Assembly: GCA_036821145.1 (NCBI GenBank)
Contig: DAISJZ010000001.1
Location: forward strand, 19,900-83,899
DNA from: Spirochaetota bacterium
GTDB lineage: Bacteria; Spirochaetota; UBA4802; UBA5550
DNA length: 64,000 nucleotides
Direction: 5' to 3'
Shown here: piece by piece, positions 9,781 to 19,551 of the stretch
Layout: the number at the start of each line of letters is the position of its first letter
Numbering within the stretch: position 1 is the stretch's first letter
The notes under the pieces: generated by a model
Seen by the model: the letters and a program-made list of their open reading frames with translations, nothing else
Database searches by the model: none
Told to the model about the DNA's origin: nothing
Made by a program: the position numbers and the translations under genes

Positions 9781-11032
9781 GAACTGGAATTACAACACCT
9801 ACAGTTTTATGATAATTATTTGTATCTTTTTTTCTATGTTTTTTTCTGCTCTTGAAACTGCTATTGTTTCATCACGGAGAATTTCTCTTGAAGCACTGAG
9901 TATTGATGGTAAAAAAAGCGCGAAAAACAGTCTCAAGATACTCGATAACATGGAAAAAGCATTAAGCATGGTTCTTATCGGTAATAATATCACCAATATA
10001 TGCGCTACTGCTTTTATTACTTTCATTGTTACCAGGGCTCTTCAATTTAATGATACTGAACTTCTTGCTGTAACACTTACCCAGACTGTGTTCTTCTTGA
10101 TTTTTTGCGAAATAACGCCTAAAATAGTTTCTAAAGCAAAAGCTGAAAATTTTCTGATGATTTTCTCAATGCCTACACTTTCACTTATATGGATAATGAC
10201 ACCTGTTATCAATTTATCTCTTTTTGTTTCAGAGATGATAACCGGCAAATTTCACTTCAGTAATTCATCAAAAGATCCCGTAAAGACAAGGGATGACATA
10301 GATACACTTTTTCAGATAGGCCATAAAGAAGGTGTAATCGATGAAGAGAGGCAGGAATATGTCAGAGAGATCCTTTCTTTCAAAAACACTCTTGCATATG
10401 AAGTTATGACACCGGCAATCGATATTGTATCTCTGGAAGTTTCAGATTCAATAAGAGATGCTGTAAACCTTATAGCAAAAACTAAATTTTCAAGGATTCC
10501 GGTTTACGAGGAGAATGAAGATGAATTTATAGGCTATATCCACTACAGGGATATCATAGTTTCCAAACCTGAATCTATTAAAGAAATTCTTGTTAAACCT
10601 GACTTTGTTCCTGAAACAAAAAATATTTTTGAAATATTCAATGATATGCATAAAAACAGGACTCCTTTATTATTCGTAACAGATGAATATGGCGATATTA
10701 CCGGTCTCCTGACATTTGAAGATATAGCTGAAGAAATTGTCGGTGATATTCAGACTGATGATCACCCCGCAGAAAAATTTATTTCACAGATTAATGAGCG
10801 TAAATTTATCCTTAGCGGCAGGATGGATATAGATTATTTTCAAAGGTTTTTTTCAATTCCTGTTGAAAAACATCATTTTGAAACACTTGCGGGATTTGTT
10901 ATCAGTTTAGCAGGGGAAATTCCCGAAACCGGGGACAGAATTAAATATGGTGCATACGATTTTATAATAGAAGAAGTTAAAGGGAGATCTGTTGATAAAA
11001 TTCTCTTTATACTCCCTTCAGGAAAAAAATAG
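9773..11032 (+). CDS. CNNM/HlyC/CorC family transporter (DUF21 + CBS pair + CorC_HlyC), second tandem paralogue
   Basis: Same architecture as 8524..9780; start overlaps the upstream stop by 8 nt. Confidence 0.75.
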   Translation: MVENWNYNTYSFMIIICIFFSMFFSALETAIVSSRRISLEALSIDGKKSAKNSLKILDNMEKALSMVLIGNNITNICATAFITFIVTRALQFNDTELLAVTLTQTVFFLIFCEITPKIVSKAKAENFLMIFSMPTLSLIWIMTPVINLSLFVSEMITGKFHFSNSSKDPVKTRDDIDTLFQIGHKEGVIDEERQEYVREILSFKNTLAYEVMTPAIDIVSLEVSDSIRDAVNLIAKTKFSRIPVYEENEDEFIGYIHYRDIIVSKPESIKEILVKPDFVPETKNIFEIFNDMHKNRTPLLFVTDEYGDITGLLTFEDIAEEIVGDIQTDDHPAEKFISQINERKFILSGRMDIDYFQRFFSIPVEKHHFETLAGFVISLAGEIPETGDRIKYGAYDFIIEEVKGRSVDKILFILPSGKK

Positions 11033-11047
11033 CAGAATTATTAATTA

Positions 11048-11395
11048 TTATTTTACTATCATTGGACCAAGATAATCCTTTCCCCCTATAATGTGCATAT
11101 GAAGATGGAATACCTCCTGACCGGCAGCTTTACCATTATTTAATATAAGCCTGTATCCTTTTTCAGTCAGTGATCGTTCACGGGCTATCTCTTTAGCGGC
11201 AAATAAAATTTCCGCGATATCCCCTGAATCATCTCCATTTAGTTCTTCGATATCACTTATATGTTTTTTAGGAATAATCAGAATATGTTCAGGCGCAACA
11301 GGATTAATGTCTTTAAATGCAAGAACTCTTTCACTTTCATAAACCTTTTCTGAGGGTATCTGTCCGGAAGCTATTTTGCAGAAAATACAATCCAT
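11048..11395 (-). CDS. HIT (histidine triad) family nucleotide hydrolase
   Basis: HIT motif HLHMHIIGG (HxHxHxx) and DINPVAPEHILIIPKKH. Confidence 0.8.
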   Translation of the reverse strand: MDCIFCKIASGQIPSEKVYESERVLAFKDINPVAPEHILIIPKKHISDIEELNGDDSGDIAEILFAAKEIARERSLTEKGYRLILNNGKAAGQEVFHLHMHIIGGKDYLGPMIVK

Positions 11396-11411
11396 TCTAT
11401 ATCATTCTCCA

Positions 11412-12146
11412 TTACTCACAAATTTTGTATATATGATCTATTATTTCATGCTTGAAACTCTTTTTTTGTTCAGCATTAAGATCTTTTACATATTCCTCAA
11501 TCATTTTTTTAATCTCATTTATAGTTTCAGTTTCTGATGATTTTCTTGTGCCAGGTTCACCTAATATTAAACCGGGCACTACGTTTTTAGATTCATAATC
11601 ATTCTGGTTATAATCAGAGGCATATTCATCAGTTTTAGCAATATAAAAATCAAGCTGTTTAAAAAGGTAATCCATTTTTGAAAAATCTATTATAATCGAT
11701 TTTAATTTTTTATTCCCTGAAAAAACAATTAAAGAAAACTTCATTTTACTTTCATCAAAATAGTCTTTTTCAAAAGTGATAATTATTTTATTATCTGTTT
11801 GTGGTGTCGATGATTTCCAGATATATTTTTCATTTCTTACAAAGCCATCTGTTTTGATATATTTAGGGCTTCCGGTTTTAATAAACTGATAATAATCACT
11901 CATATCAATTTCAATATTATATTCTTGTGCTATGATATACATTAATTTTTTTGTGGGGAAATTGCACATAACATCATATGCATATTTAGAATTTTTATCA
12001 GTATGAATATATTGAAATTCTGCGAGGTAGAATTTTTTATCAGCAAGATTATCAAAATCGGTTTTAAGTCCGCCCATACCCGCACAACCTGAATAAAAAG
12101 CAATAAATAAAACAGTAAGCAATGACAGGATATGTTTGTTCAGCAT
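11412..12146 (-). CDS. hypothetical lipoprotein
   Basis: Signal peptide ending in lipobox-like FYSGC; no recognisable domain. Confidence 0.4.
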   Translation of the reverse strand: MLNKHILSLLTVLFIAFYSGCAGMGGLKTDFDNLADKKFYLAEFQYIHTDKNSKYAYDVMCNFPTKKLMYIIAQEYNIEIDMSDYYQFIKTGSPKYIKTDGFVRNEKYIWKSSTPQTDNKIIITFEKDYFDESKMKFSLIVFSGNKKLKSIIIDFSKMDYLFKQLDFYIAKTDEYASDYNQNDYESKNVVPGLILGEPGTRKSSETETINEIKKMIEEYVKDLNAEQKKSFKHEIIDHIYKICE

Positions 12147-12160
12147 AAATATTAACCTCT

Positions 12161-13357
12161 CTATTTAAAAAAACTGATAAGAGCCGGGAGCGCTATGAAA
12201 GTCCCTATTGATGATCCTATTGATGAGAAAAGAAATACAAGAAATATTTTAGTCAGACGGTTTTCCCACCACTGCCTGAATTTTAAACTGCTGTTATTCA
12301 GCTGTTCAAAATCTTTGATTCTCGGTTTAACTATAATTGCCTGTACAAGTGCTGTAACGAGTCCAGCTCCTATAGTAGGATTGAGACTGGTAATCGGTGA
12401 CGCTATAAATCCTGTCAATATTGTCAGGGGGTGGGCTAGGGATATTATGCACCCTAAAACAGTAAGCAGACCATGGGCAAAAATCCAGATAAGGGCAAAA
12501 TCTTTAGCCACATCCTTATTACCCGAATAAAACCCCCAGATAAATACTATTAATATTATTGCCGGAATACCCCATTTTATTATAGACCCGGTTTTTGATC
12601 TTTCCGGTATAAAATCTATATTCTGCTTTTCTGCATCACTAATATCTTCACTGAGGTACTTTAGTATGCCCGGTACATGCCCGGCGCCTACAACGGCGAC
12701 AGTTACATTTGAGAGATTTTGTTGTATTCCATATGCAAGATAAAGATCACGTTCATCAATGAGAACTTTTTTTGTTTCAGGGAGTTCTTCGGCAAAGGAA
12801 TTCACAAGTGTCTCAATAGCATCACTTTTTTTGAGCTGTTCAATATCAAGATTGTCAAATTCTTCGTTATCGCTGAAAAAAAGACTCCCCATAAACCGGA
12901 ATTTATGTTTCAAGGGGGTTAGTCGCCATGCTCTTTTCAGGGTTGTTCCGATATTCCGGTCTATTAACGCAAGGGGAATACCCTTCGTTTCAGATACATT
13001 GATAGCTCTTATGAATTCTTCACCAGGCCTGCTTCCGGTTTTTTCAGATATTTTTTTCTGGAAGGAAGCCATTATAAACTGGCCGATAAAGAAGAATAAC
13101 TGTTTATTTTTTATAATTTTAAATATATCAATGTTTTCATATTTATTTCTGTTTTTTATGCTATTAAATCGCTGTTCATCAAGTTCGATGCAGACTATAT
13201 CCGGCTTAATTTCAAGAATTTTTGATTCAACCAGTTCAGCTGAATTTTTTGAAACATGGGCTGTACCTATTAAATATAGTTGTTTTTCATTTTCGAATAT
13301 AATTTTATGAATATTCTGTTCTGTTTCTTCTATGCTTTTAATCTGGAAATTATGCAT
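12161..13357 (-). CDS. TraB/GumN family protein (pheromone-shutdown-like) with C-terminal TM helices
   Basis: TraB motifs LYLIGTAHVS and VAVVGAGHVPG; hydrophobic C-terminal region. Confidence 0.7.
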   Translation of the reverse strand: MHNFQIKSIEETEQNIHKIIFENEKQLYLIGTAHVSKNSAELVESKILEIKPDIVCIELDEQRFNSIKNRNKYENIDIFKIIKNKQLFFFIGQFIMASFQKKISEKTGSRPGEEFIRAINVSETKGIPLALIDRNIGTTLKRAWRLTPLKHKFRFMGSLFFSDNEEFDNLDIEQLKKSDAIETLVNSFAEELPETKKVLIDERDLYLAYGIQQNLSNVTVAVVGAGHVPGILKYLSEDISDAEKQNIDFIPERSKTGSIIKWGIPAIILIVFIWGFYSGNKDVAKDFALIWIFAHGLLTVLGCIISLAHPLTILTGFIASPITSLNPTIGAGLVTALVQAIIVKPRIKDFEQLNNSSLKFRQWWENRLTKIFLVFLFSSIGSSIGTFIALPALISFFK

Positions 13358-13497
13358 TTGATTTATTTTCCGGTTATGAATGATTTAGTAATTGAAAAAA
13401 GTTTTCACAACTGTTAAAAATGATTTTTATATGCATTATGGCAATTAAAAAAAATAAATATGACTTTTTTATATGAAGGTATTTTTAAGGGGGTTTT

Positions 13498-13872
13498 ATG
13501 GGAGAAATAAAAAAACTTACAAATGCTTATGACAGTAAAAACAAAGTCTTAACAGGGGCAATAACTATTGAATCTGTTGAACAGAATGATTCTAAAGAGA
13601 TTTATTCTCTTATAGAAAAATCATTGCAGGAATTTTCAGATTACAATGATTATATTCTTGATGCAAGTAAGGTAAATAATATAAAAATTGAATCTTTCGG
13701 CTACCTGATGAAAGCTCTCGGTATTGTTAAGCGTACAGCCGGTTATATGGTGCTTGTAATAAAAGAGGATATCCTTCAAAAATTTATGCTGACAAATCCT
13801 GAGATGTTTGATTATTATGCAGTATTTTTCAGCACCAGCGAAGCATTAGAATACATTTTGTCAAAACGTTAG
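13498..13872 (+). CDS. hypothetical protein, possibly STAS-like anti-sigma antagonist fold
   Basis: AAGGGGG RBS; 124 aa; weak STAS-like pattern; immediately upstream of the HD-GYP-like gene. Confidence 0.3.
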   Translation: MGEIKKLTNAYDSKNKVLTGAITIESVEQNDSKEIYSLIEKSLQEFSDYNDYILDASKVNNIKIESFGYLMKALGIVKRTAGYMVLVIKEDILQKFMLTNPEMFDYYAVFFSTSEALEYILSKR

Positions 13873-13875
13873 AAT

Positions 13876-15276
13876 ATGAGTGAAAAAAAAATCAAATATA
13901 TTGAACTGAATCTTGCTGACCTCAAAGAGAATATTAATAGAATTCAGAATAATAATATTCCAGTATGGCGGAAGAATAAAAGCGGCAGTCTTGTTATAAT
14001 TCCTCTCGAAAGACTGGAACAGTTCATAGGTAATAATGAATCCATTTCTATAATATTTTACATAGATGAAAAATGGGAAAGTAATATTAAAATTTCCTCT
14101 TCTCTGCCGGATATAAAACCGGCAGCAGCTGCACAGCACCCCTGGACAGATAATAGCGGAATTTCAGACACATATACAGAGCGCAGAAAAAAATATCTTG
14201 AAATGCATCCTGAAAAAAGAGAGCAGGAATTTGAACAGTTAATCGATTCATTAATCAGCAGACCAATCGCAGGTAATTTTATTGATACAAACGCGTTACT
14301 CCATCTTATAAATGCTGTTTCAGATGCATTTGTTATTAATAAGGCTGCTTTTGATGATTTTTATAATGAAGCAAAATCTATTTCACCCGACCATATAAAA
14401 AACATTGCTAAAAATACCACTATTCTTGTTCAAAGTGTAATGGGTATAATCAGAAACAACACCGCTGCAAATAATTTCATTAATCTGCTTGGAGAAAAAT
14501 CAACAGGTTCTACAGTTGATCACATGAATTGTGTTTTTCTCATTTTTCTTCCTTTCTGCTATTACTATAATTCGTACTTTGCAAAAGGAAAAATTTCAAA
14601 AATTCGCGCTGAATTTAAATCAAGATACTATAAGTATTATAAAAAGTTATTCCCGCTTTCACCACCCGAAAGTCTTGAGGACGTCTTTAAAGGGGGGATG
14701 AGGGAGATTGATCAGGATAAACTTCTTCAATACGGCATTGGTGCTTTTCTTCATGATATCGGTAAACTTGATAATATAGATTACTTTGAAGGTGAAGAGA
14801 AGTATGACAGAAAAATAATAATGAGGCATGCTCCAATCAGTTATAACATGATTGTAAAAACAAGAGAGTTCGACCATGATGTGGCTTATCTCGCTGCACT
14901 TCACCATGAATACTACAACGATCATTCCGGCTACGGCATTTCAAAATTACTCTTCCCTGATAATATAAAAAAATATAAGGAACCGGTTTATTGTCTCTCA
15001 TATGAGCTGGAGGATATTAAAAGCGGGCTTGCTCTTGCCTATGTCCCGGCAAAAATCCTTGAAATAGTTGATGTATTTGATGCTTTAACTGACAGTAAAC
15101 GAAAATATAGAGATAGTGAGTTTTCCGTTGATGAAGCACTTGAAATCATGCTGTCCAGTTTTATTGATAAAAATACAAAATTAGATCCGATACTTTTTTC
15201 AATTTTTGTAGATTTTATAAACAGCCATTCAATATTAAAAGATAAATCCATCCTGAGCAAAGTCCTGACAAAATAG
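13876..15276 (+). CDS. HD-GYP-like domain phosphohydrolase (GYG variant)
   Basis: HD motif GAFLHDIGK; downstream HHEYYNDHSGYG resembles the HHExxDGxGYP signature with P replaced by G. Confidence 0.6.
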   Translation: MSEKKIKYIELNLADLKENINRIQNNNIPVWRKNKSGSLVIIPLERLEQFIGNNESISIIFYIDEKWESNIKISSSLPDIKPAAAAQHPWTDNSGISDTYTERRKKYLEMHPEKREQEFEQLIDSLISRPIAGNFIDTNALLHLINAVSDAFVINKAAFDDFYNEAKSISPDHIKNIAKNTTILVQSVMGIIRNNTAANNFINLLGEKSTGSTVDHMNCVFLIFLPFCYYYNSYFAKGKISKIRAEFKSRYYKYYKKLFPLSPPESLEDVFKGGMREIDQDKLLQYGIGAFLHDIGKLDNIDYFEGEEKYDRKIIMRHAPISYNMIVKTREFDHDVAYLAALHHEYYNDHSGYGISKLLFPDNIKKYKEPVYCLSYELEDIKSGLALAYVPAKILEIVDVFDALTDSKRKYRDSEFSVDEALEIMLSSFIDKNTKLDPILFSIFVDFINSHSILKDKSILSKVLTK

Positions 15277-15294
15277 TATACAGGCAGGAAAATT

Positions 15295-16407
15295 TTGAAA
15301 AAATTCAGTGATATCCGGCTTATCCTTTATCAGGAGCAGCATTATCAGCAGTATAAAATAGCTGAACGTATAATAAATTCTGCTTATGCTGCAGGTAAAA
15401 AAACTATAGTATATAAAAATGATTTTGAATTAGGGACAATTCTTGAAAATATTAAAGCGGGATACTGTTCAAAAGAGGTGCTGATCCTAAAAGAATTTCT
15501 TGGGAGAAAATTTCAGAAATGCCCGGGATCAAATAATGTTATCTGCTGTAATTATTATCTTCTTAATACATGTTTCAACTGCCTTTATGACTGCACATAC
15601 TGCTTCCTTAATTCATATCTCAATTCATTCGGAATAGTGCAGTTCGTTAATCTTGATGAGCTTTCGACATCTGTAAATGAATACGTTTCAACCTATCCCC
15701 GTAACCTTCGTGTCGGCACCGGGGAGTTTACTGACTCACTTATGTTTGATGAAGTTACCGGGATTGCTGAAGAACTGATTTCATCAACCTGCAGTAATAA
15801 AAAACTCTTTCTTGAATTTAAAACCAAATCAGCAAATGTCGAACATCTTCTTAATATCAGAGAAAAAGGTAATACTGTATTAGCATGGACTCTTAATACA
15901 AATTATAATATCAATTTATATGAAACAGGCGCCGCAACTTTAGAAGAAAGGCTGACAGCTGCTGCTTCAGCTCAGAAGTCCGGGTATTATACAGCATTTC
16001 ATTTTGACCCTGTTATTAAGTATAAGGGTTTCATGGATGATTATTATGATGTAATTGATGCCATGCATCAATTTATTAAACCTGAAGGTGTATTGTGGAT
16101 ATCCCTGGGATGTTTCAGGTATAGCCCCGGTTTTAAGGATATCATAAAGCATAAATATCCTGATGAAAAGATTACTGTTGCAGAAATGTTCCCGGGAGTA
16201 GATGGAAAATTACGGTATCTCACCAGGGATAGAATCGATATCTTCAGAGGTCTTTCAGACAGATTAAAAAAATTATTCCCGGAGACTTTTATTTATTTAT
16301 GTATGGAAGACGCATATGTATGGAACGAGGTATTCGGTGTCCACTTCAATGAGTCAGAAGATCTTGAAAATGCCCTATCAAATCATCTGATTAAATTCTC
16401 CCGGTAA
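15295..16407 (+). CDS. radical SAM protein of the spore-photoproduct-lyase (SplB-like DNA repair) family
   Basis: Cys triad CLYDCTYC (CxxxCxxC) near the N-terminus; size and layout resemble SPL family. Confidence 0.5.
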   Translation: MKKFSDIRLILYQEQHYQQYKIAERIINSAYAAGKKTIVYKNDFELGTILENIKAGYCSKEVLILKEFLGRKFQKCPGSNNVICCNYYLLNTCFNCLYDCTYCFLNSYLNSFGIVQFVNLDELSTSVNEYVSTYPRNLRVGTGEFTDSLMFDEVTGIAEELISSTCSNKKLFLEFKTKSANVEHLLNIREKGNTVLAWTLNTNYNINLYETGAATLEERLTAAASAQKSGYYTAFHFDPVIKYKGFMDDYYDVIDAMHQFIKPEGVLWISLGCFRYSPGFKDIIKHKYPDEKITVAEMFPGVDGKLRYLTRDRIDIFRGLSDRLKKLFPETFIYLCMEDAYVWNEVFGVHFNESEDLENALSNHLIKFSR

Positions 16408-16532
16408 AACTAAACTTTATTTATTTACCTTGATTTTTAAAATTCTCAATTCTATTATGATTGACCATTGTAAGAGATTTATTAAATTGGTAAAGAATAA
16501 TAAAAGTTAAGTAATCTACAGGAGTCTCTGTT

Positions 16533-17648
16533 TTGCAGAATATCGATGTGAAAGAAATACAGAAGGAACTTTCAGCTTTAAAAGGTAAGGTTGATGAACT
16601 CTACAATTCCGTCGGTGTTGACAGAATAAAACGTGAATTAAGCGAGCTTGAAATGCAGGTTCAGAGGGATGAAGTCTGGAAAGATCAGACCAGATTCACA
16701 GACCTGAATCAGGAAATTAGCAAACTGAAAAAAAAGATTGATCCCTGGATATCAATTAAAGCTGAAATTTCTGAATCTATAGAGCTTGTCGAAATTGCAG
16801 CTGAAGAAGGTGAAAGTGAAATCCTTTCTGAAGCAGCTGAAAATCTTGAAAAGCTGAAAAACCGCTTCGATGAACTTGAAACCCGGGAACTCCTCTCTGA
16901 TAAAGATGATATAAACGATGCAATCCTTTCAATACATCCCGGAGCAGGGGGGACTGAATCTCAGGACTGGGCCAGTATGCTTTTCAGAATGTATACACGA
17001 TGGGCAGAAAAAAACGGTTTTGAAACAGAAATAATAGATTTTATGCAGGGTGAGGAAGCCGGGATAAAAAATGCTACTATTCTCATTAAGGGGGAATACG
17101 CATTTGGTTTTCTCAAAGGGGAGATGGGTGTGCATAGACTTGTCAGGATATCTCCCTTTGATGCTAACAAGAGGAGACATACTTCTTTTGCATCTGTTGA
17201 AGTAATTCCTGATATAGATGATGATATCCAGGTTGATATAAATGAAAACGATCTTAAAATAGATACATACCGAGCTTCCGGTGCCGGTGGACAGCATGTC
17301 AATAGAACTGATTCTGCGGTAAGGATAACCCATTTACCTACCGGTTTAATCGTACAATGCCAGAATGAACGTTCTCAGCACAAAAATAAAGCATTTGCTA
17401 TGAAAGTACTGAAAGCGCGAATATATGAATTATATAAAAAAGAGAGTGATGAGAAAAAGCTGGAAGCCGCGGGGGAGAAAAAGGATATTTCATGGGGAAA
17501 CCAGATCCGCTCTTACGTATTTCAGCCTTATACCCTTGTCAAGGATCATAGGACCGGTGAAGAAACCGGTAGTATTGATTATGTTTTTGACGGGGAACTT
17601 AACAGGTTTCTATATGCTTATCTGAAGAGTAAAAAAATATCCGGGTGA
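16533..17648 (+). CDS. prfB: peptide chain release factor 2 (RF2), encoded without a programmed frameshift
   Basis: SPF tripeptide (SPFDANKRRHTSFASVEV) and GGQ motif (SGAGGQHVNRTDSAVRITH); TTG start after GGAG; 371 aa in one uninterrupted frame. Confidence 0.9.
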   Translation: MQNIDVKEIQKELSALKGKVDELYNSVGVDRIKRELSELEMQVQRDEVWKDQTRFTDLNQEISKLKKKIDPWISIKAEISESIELVEIAAEEGESEILSEAAENLEKLKNRFDELETRELLSDKDDINDAILSIHPGAGGTESQDWASMLFRMYTRWAEKNGFETEIIDFMQGEEAGIKNATILIKGEYAFGFLKGEMGVHRLVRISPFDANKRRHTSFASVEVIPDIDDDIQVDINENDLKIDTYRASGAGGQHVNRTDSAVRITHLPTGLIVQCQNERSQHKNKAFAMKVLKARIYELYKKESDEKKLEAAGEKKDISWGNQIRSYVFQPYTLVKDHRTGEETGSIDYVFDGELNRFLYAYLKSKKISG

Positions 17649-17656
17649 GGACTTAA

Positions 17657-18592
17657 TTGAAAAATAAAACTCACAAGAGGAAGCGCGGGACAGTAAAAAA
17701 GTTTTTTGATAAACATTTAAATTTTAAAAATAATATGGATATCAAACTTGATGATATCGATTTCAGTGAAACTTTTGAATCTCTCCCCGGTCTTTCCGGT
17801 TCTAAAAAATTATTTCTGGGCAGATTTAATGAAAATGATCTTTTAGAAATGATGAATAAAACCGGATTAACCGAACATCTCAATAATCTGGGCTTTAAGG
17901 ACCTTCTTATTGATCTTGATAAGGATCAAAATCAGATATATTATTTTAAACTTTACTGGCAGGAAATTAAACCGGAGATGCTGCTGATTGATCTCCGTTT
18001 AAGTGAAACAACTTTTATACCGGAAAAAAAATTTTTACCGAACAACAAAGAACCTGTCCAGTATGAAATGATTGTTATAGAATGGTTATCTGCTAAAAAT
18101 CCGCAAAAGGATTTCGATCCCAATAAGCCCCAACTACCCGGACAGATAAGTCCCGGTCTTGGTGTTATGCGATATTGCTTCGATCTGCTGTATCATATGG
18201 CAAAACAGGTGTTTAAAGACGGCTTTCTTGATATTCCGGACCACATGCATGGTGCGATGATCTATTCTAAAAAATTCAAGTTTTTTGACCCTGTCCATGA
18301 AGGTATACTCAGAGCTGTTATGCGGGATCTGGCCGCTTATACGCTTTCAGATATATCCTGGGGTGTAATTACCAGTACAATAATTGAAAGATATAAAAAT
18401 GAACCTGCGAAGTATGAACCCGGGGAACAGATTTTTTATGTGTCGAAACGAATGAAAAAGTATTTTAACTCCAGAAAATACCAGACTGTATTTAAAAAAT
18501 ATTATAACCGTAAAAGATATTATTTTGATTACGAAGAGATGAAAAAGAGAAGAGAGGATATTCTTAAAACCAGGAAGATCGAAGATCTTTAG
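17657..18592 (+). CDS. hypothetical protein
   Basis: 311-aa ORF with no recognisable motif; basic N-terminus. Confidence 0.4.
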   Translation: MKNKTHKRKRGTVKKFFDKHLNFKNNMDIKLDDIDFSETFESLPGLSGSKKLFLGRFNENDLLEMMNKTGLTEHLNNLGFKDLLIDLDKDQNQIYYFKLYWQEIKPEMLLIDLRLSETTFIPEKKFLPNNKEPVQYEMIVIEWLSAKNPQKDFDPNKPQLPGQISPGLGVMRYCFDLLYHMAKQVFKDGFLDIPDHMHGAMIYSKKFKFFDPVHEGILRAVMRDLAAYTLSDISWGVITSTIIERYKNEPAKYEPGEQIFYVSKRMKKYFNSRKYQTVFKKYYNRKRYYFDYEEMKKRREDILKTRKIEDL

Positions 18593-19037
18593 AAAATTTA
18601 TTCTTAATTTTATCCATTCTGTTAAGTTCATCACTGGAAAGTGAAGTTTCAATTGAAATCTGTTCCATTGTTTTTATGTTTTCATTCCTGATCCTGTTTA
18701 TATCACTCAGCATTCCATCTATTATTCTTTTATTATTTATTAATTGATTCAATTTTATTTCATTATTTGAATTTTTAGTTAGTAAGTTATCATAAGGATC
18801 AATACCGGTTCTGTTTTTTACTTCATCAGTATTTACAGAAATATCATAATCACAGAGATCAATTTTTTCAATTATTTCATTTTCGAAGTTAATAATATCA
18901 ATAATTGAATCTTCGATTTTGCCGTGAAGCTGTTGTTTAAGTTCAAATTCTTTGTTCCGGAAATCGGTCAGTAGATCGATTTTTTTATTCTGACAATGTA
19001 TTATATTGTCAATAATTGCAGAGAGATCATCCCTCAA
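18564..19037 (-). CDS. hypothetical protein, possibly a FliT/FlgN-like flagellar chaperone (by position downstream of fliS)
   Basis: 157 aa, predicted helical, overlaps the fliS stop; position matches the fliS-fliT order in other bacteria. Confidence 0.3.
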   Translation of the reverse strand: MRDDLSAIIDNIIHCQNKKIDLLTDFRNKEFELKQQLHGKIEDSIIDIINFENEIIEKIDLCDYDISVNTDEVKNRTGIDPYDNLLTKNSNNEIKLNQLINNKRIIDGMLSDINRIRNENIKTMEQISIETSLSSDELNRMDKIKNKFSKDLRSSWF

Positions 19038-19464
19038 TACTGAAATTCCCTTTTGATCCGATATTCATATTTTTATCAGATCTTGTTTCAGTCGCAGAAA
19101 TCTGATCCCATGCGTCTCTAAGTTCTTTTAGAAGCTTTAATACATGTTTAACTATTTCAGGATCTTTTCTTATATTTGCTTCAAGAAGCTGCCGCTTGAA
19201 ATACATATAGAGATTAAAAAGATTTTGTGAAATTTCACCTCCATCCTCCATATTGAGAGAAAGCAGGAGTTCTGTAATGATGTCCTGTGCTTTAATGATG
19301 TTATTATTAACAACATCATAGCTTTTAGGTTCCATATTTTCAATAGCAATATTAAGAAACTTAATCGCACCATCATAAAGCATTACTATCAGCTTACCCT
19401 GGTTTGCTGTAGTAATTTGTGTCTGTTTATACTGATTGTAGGGATTTGTTGTAGGCACTTTCAA
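19027..19464 (-). CDS. fliS: flagellar export chaperone FliS
   Basis: FliS-like sequence NPYNQYKQTQITTANQGKLIVMLYDGAIKFLNIA...ITELLLSLNME...LFNLYMYFKRQLLEANIRKD; TTG start preceded by GGAG. Confidence 0.7.
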   Translation of the reverse strand: MKVPTTNPYNQYKQTQITTANQGKLIVMLYDGAIKFLNIAIENMEPKSYDVVNNNIIKAQDIITELLLSLNMEDGGEISQNLFNLYMYFKRQLLEANIRKDPEIVKHVLKLLKELRDAWDQISATETRSDKNMNIGSKGNFSIEG

Positions 19465-19551
19465 GCTCCATAAAAAATATTATCACTTTGATATATTATC
19501 GTAAATAAACCTGCGTAACTTGAATTGATTAAAAATACTTTTTCAAAGTTA

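Noticed and set aside
16533-16650. Programmed +1 frameshift site in prfB
   Set aside because: The reading frame is continuous from the TTG start and no CTT-TGA-C motif is present.
19465-19551. Sigma-28 (TAAA-N15-GCCGATAA) promoter upstream of fliS
   Set aside because: Reverse-complement inspection shows only a partial ACGATAAT match with no correctly spaced TAAA; not supportable.
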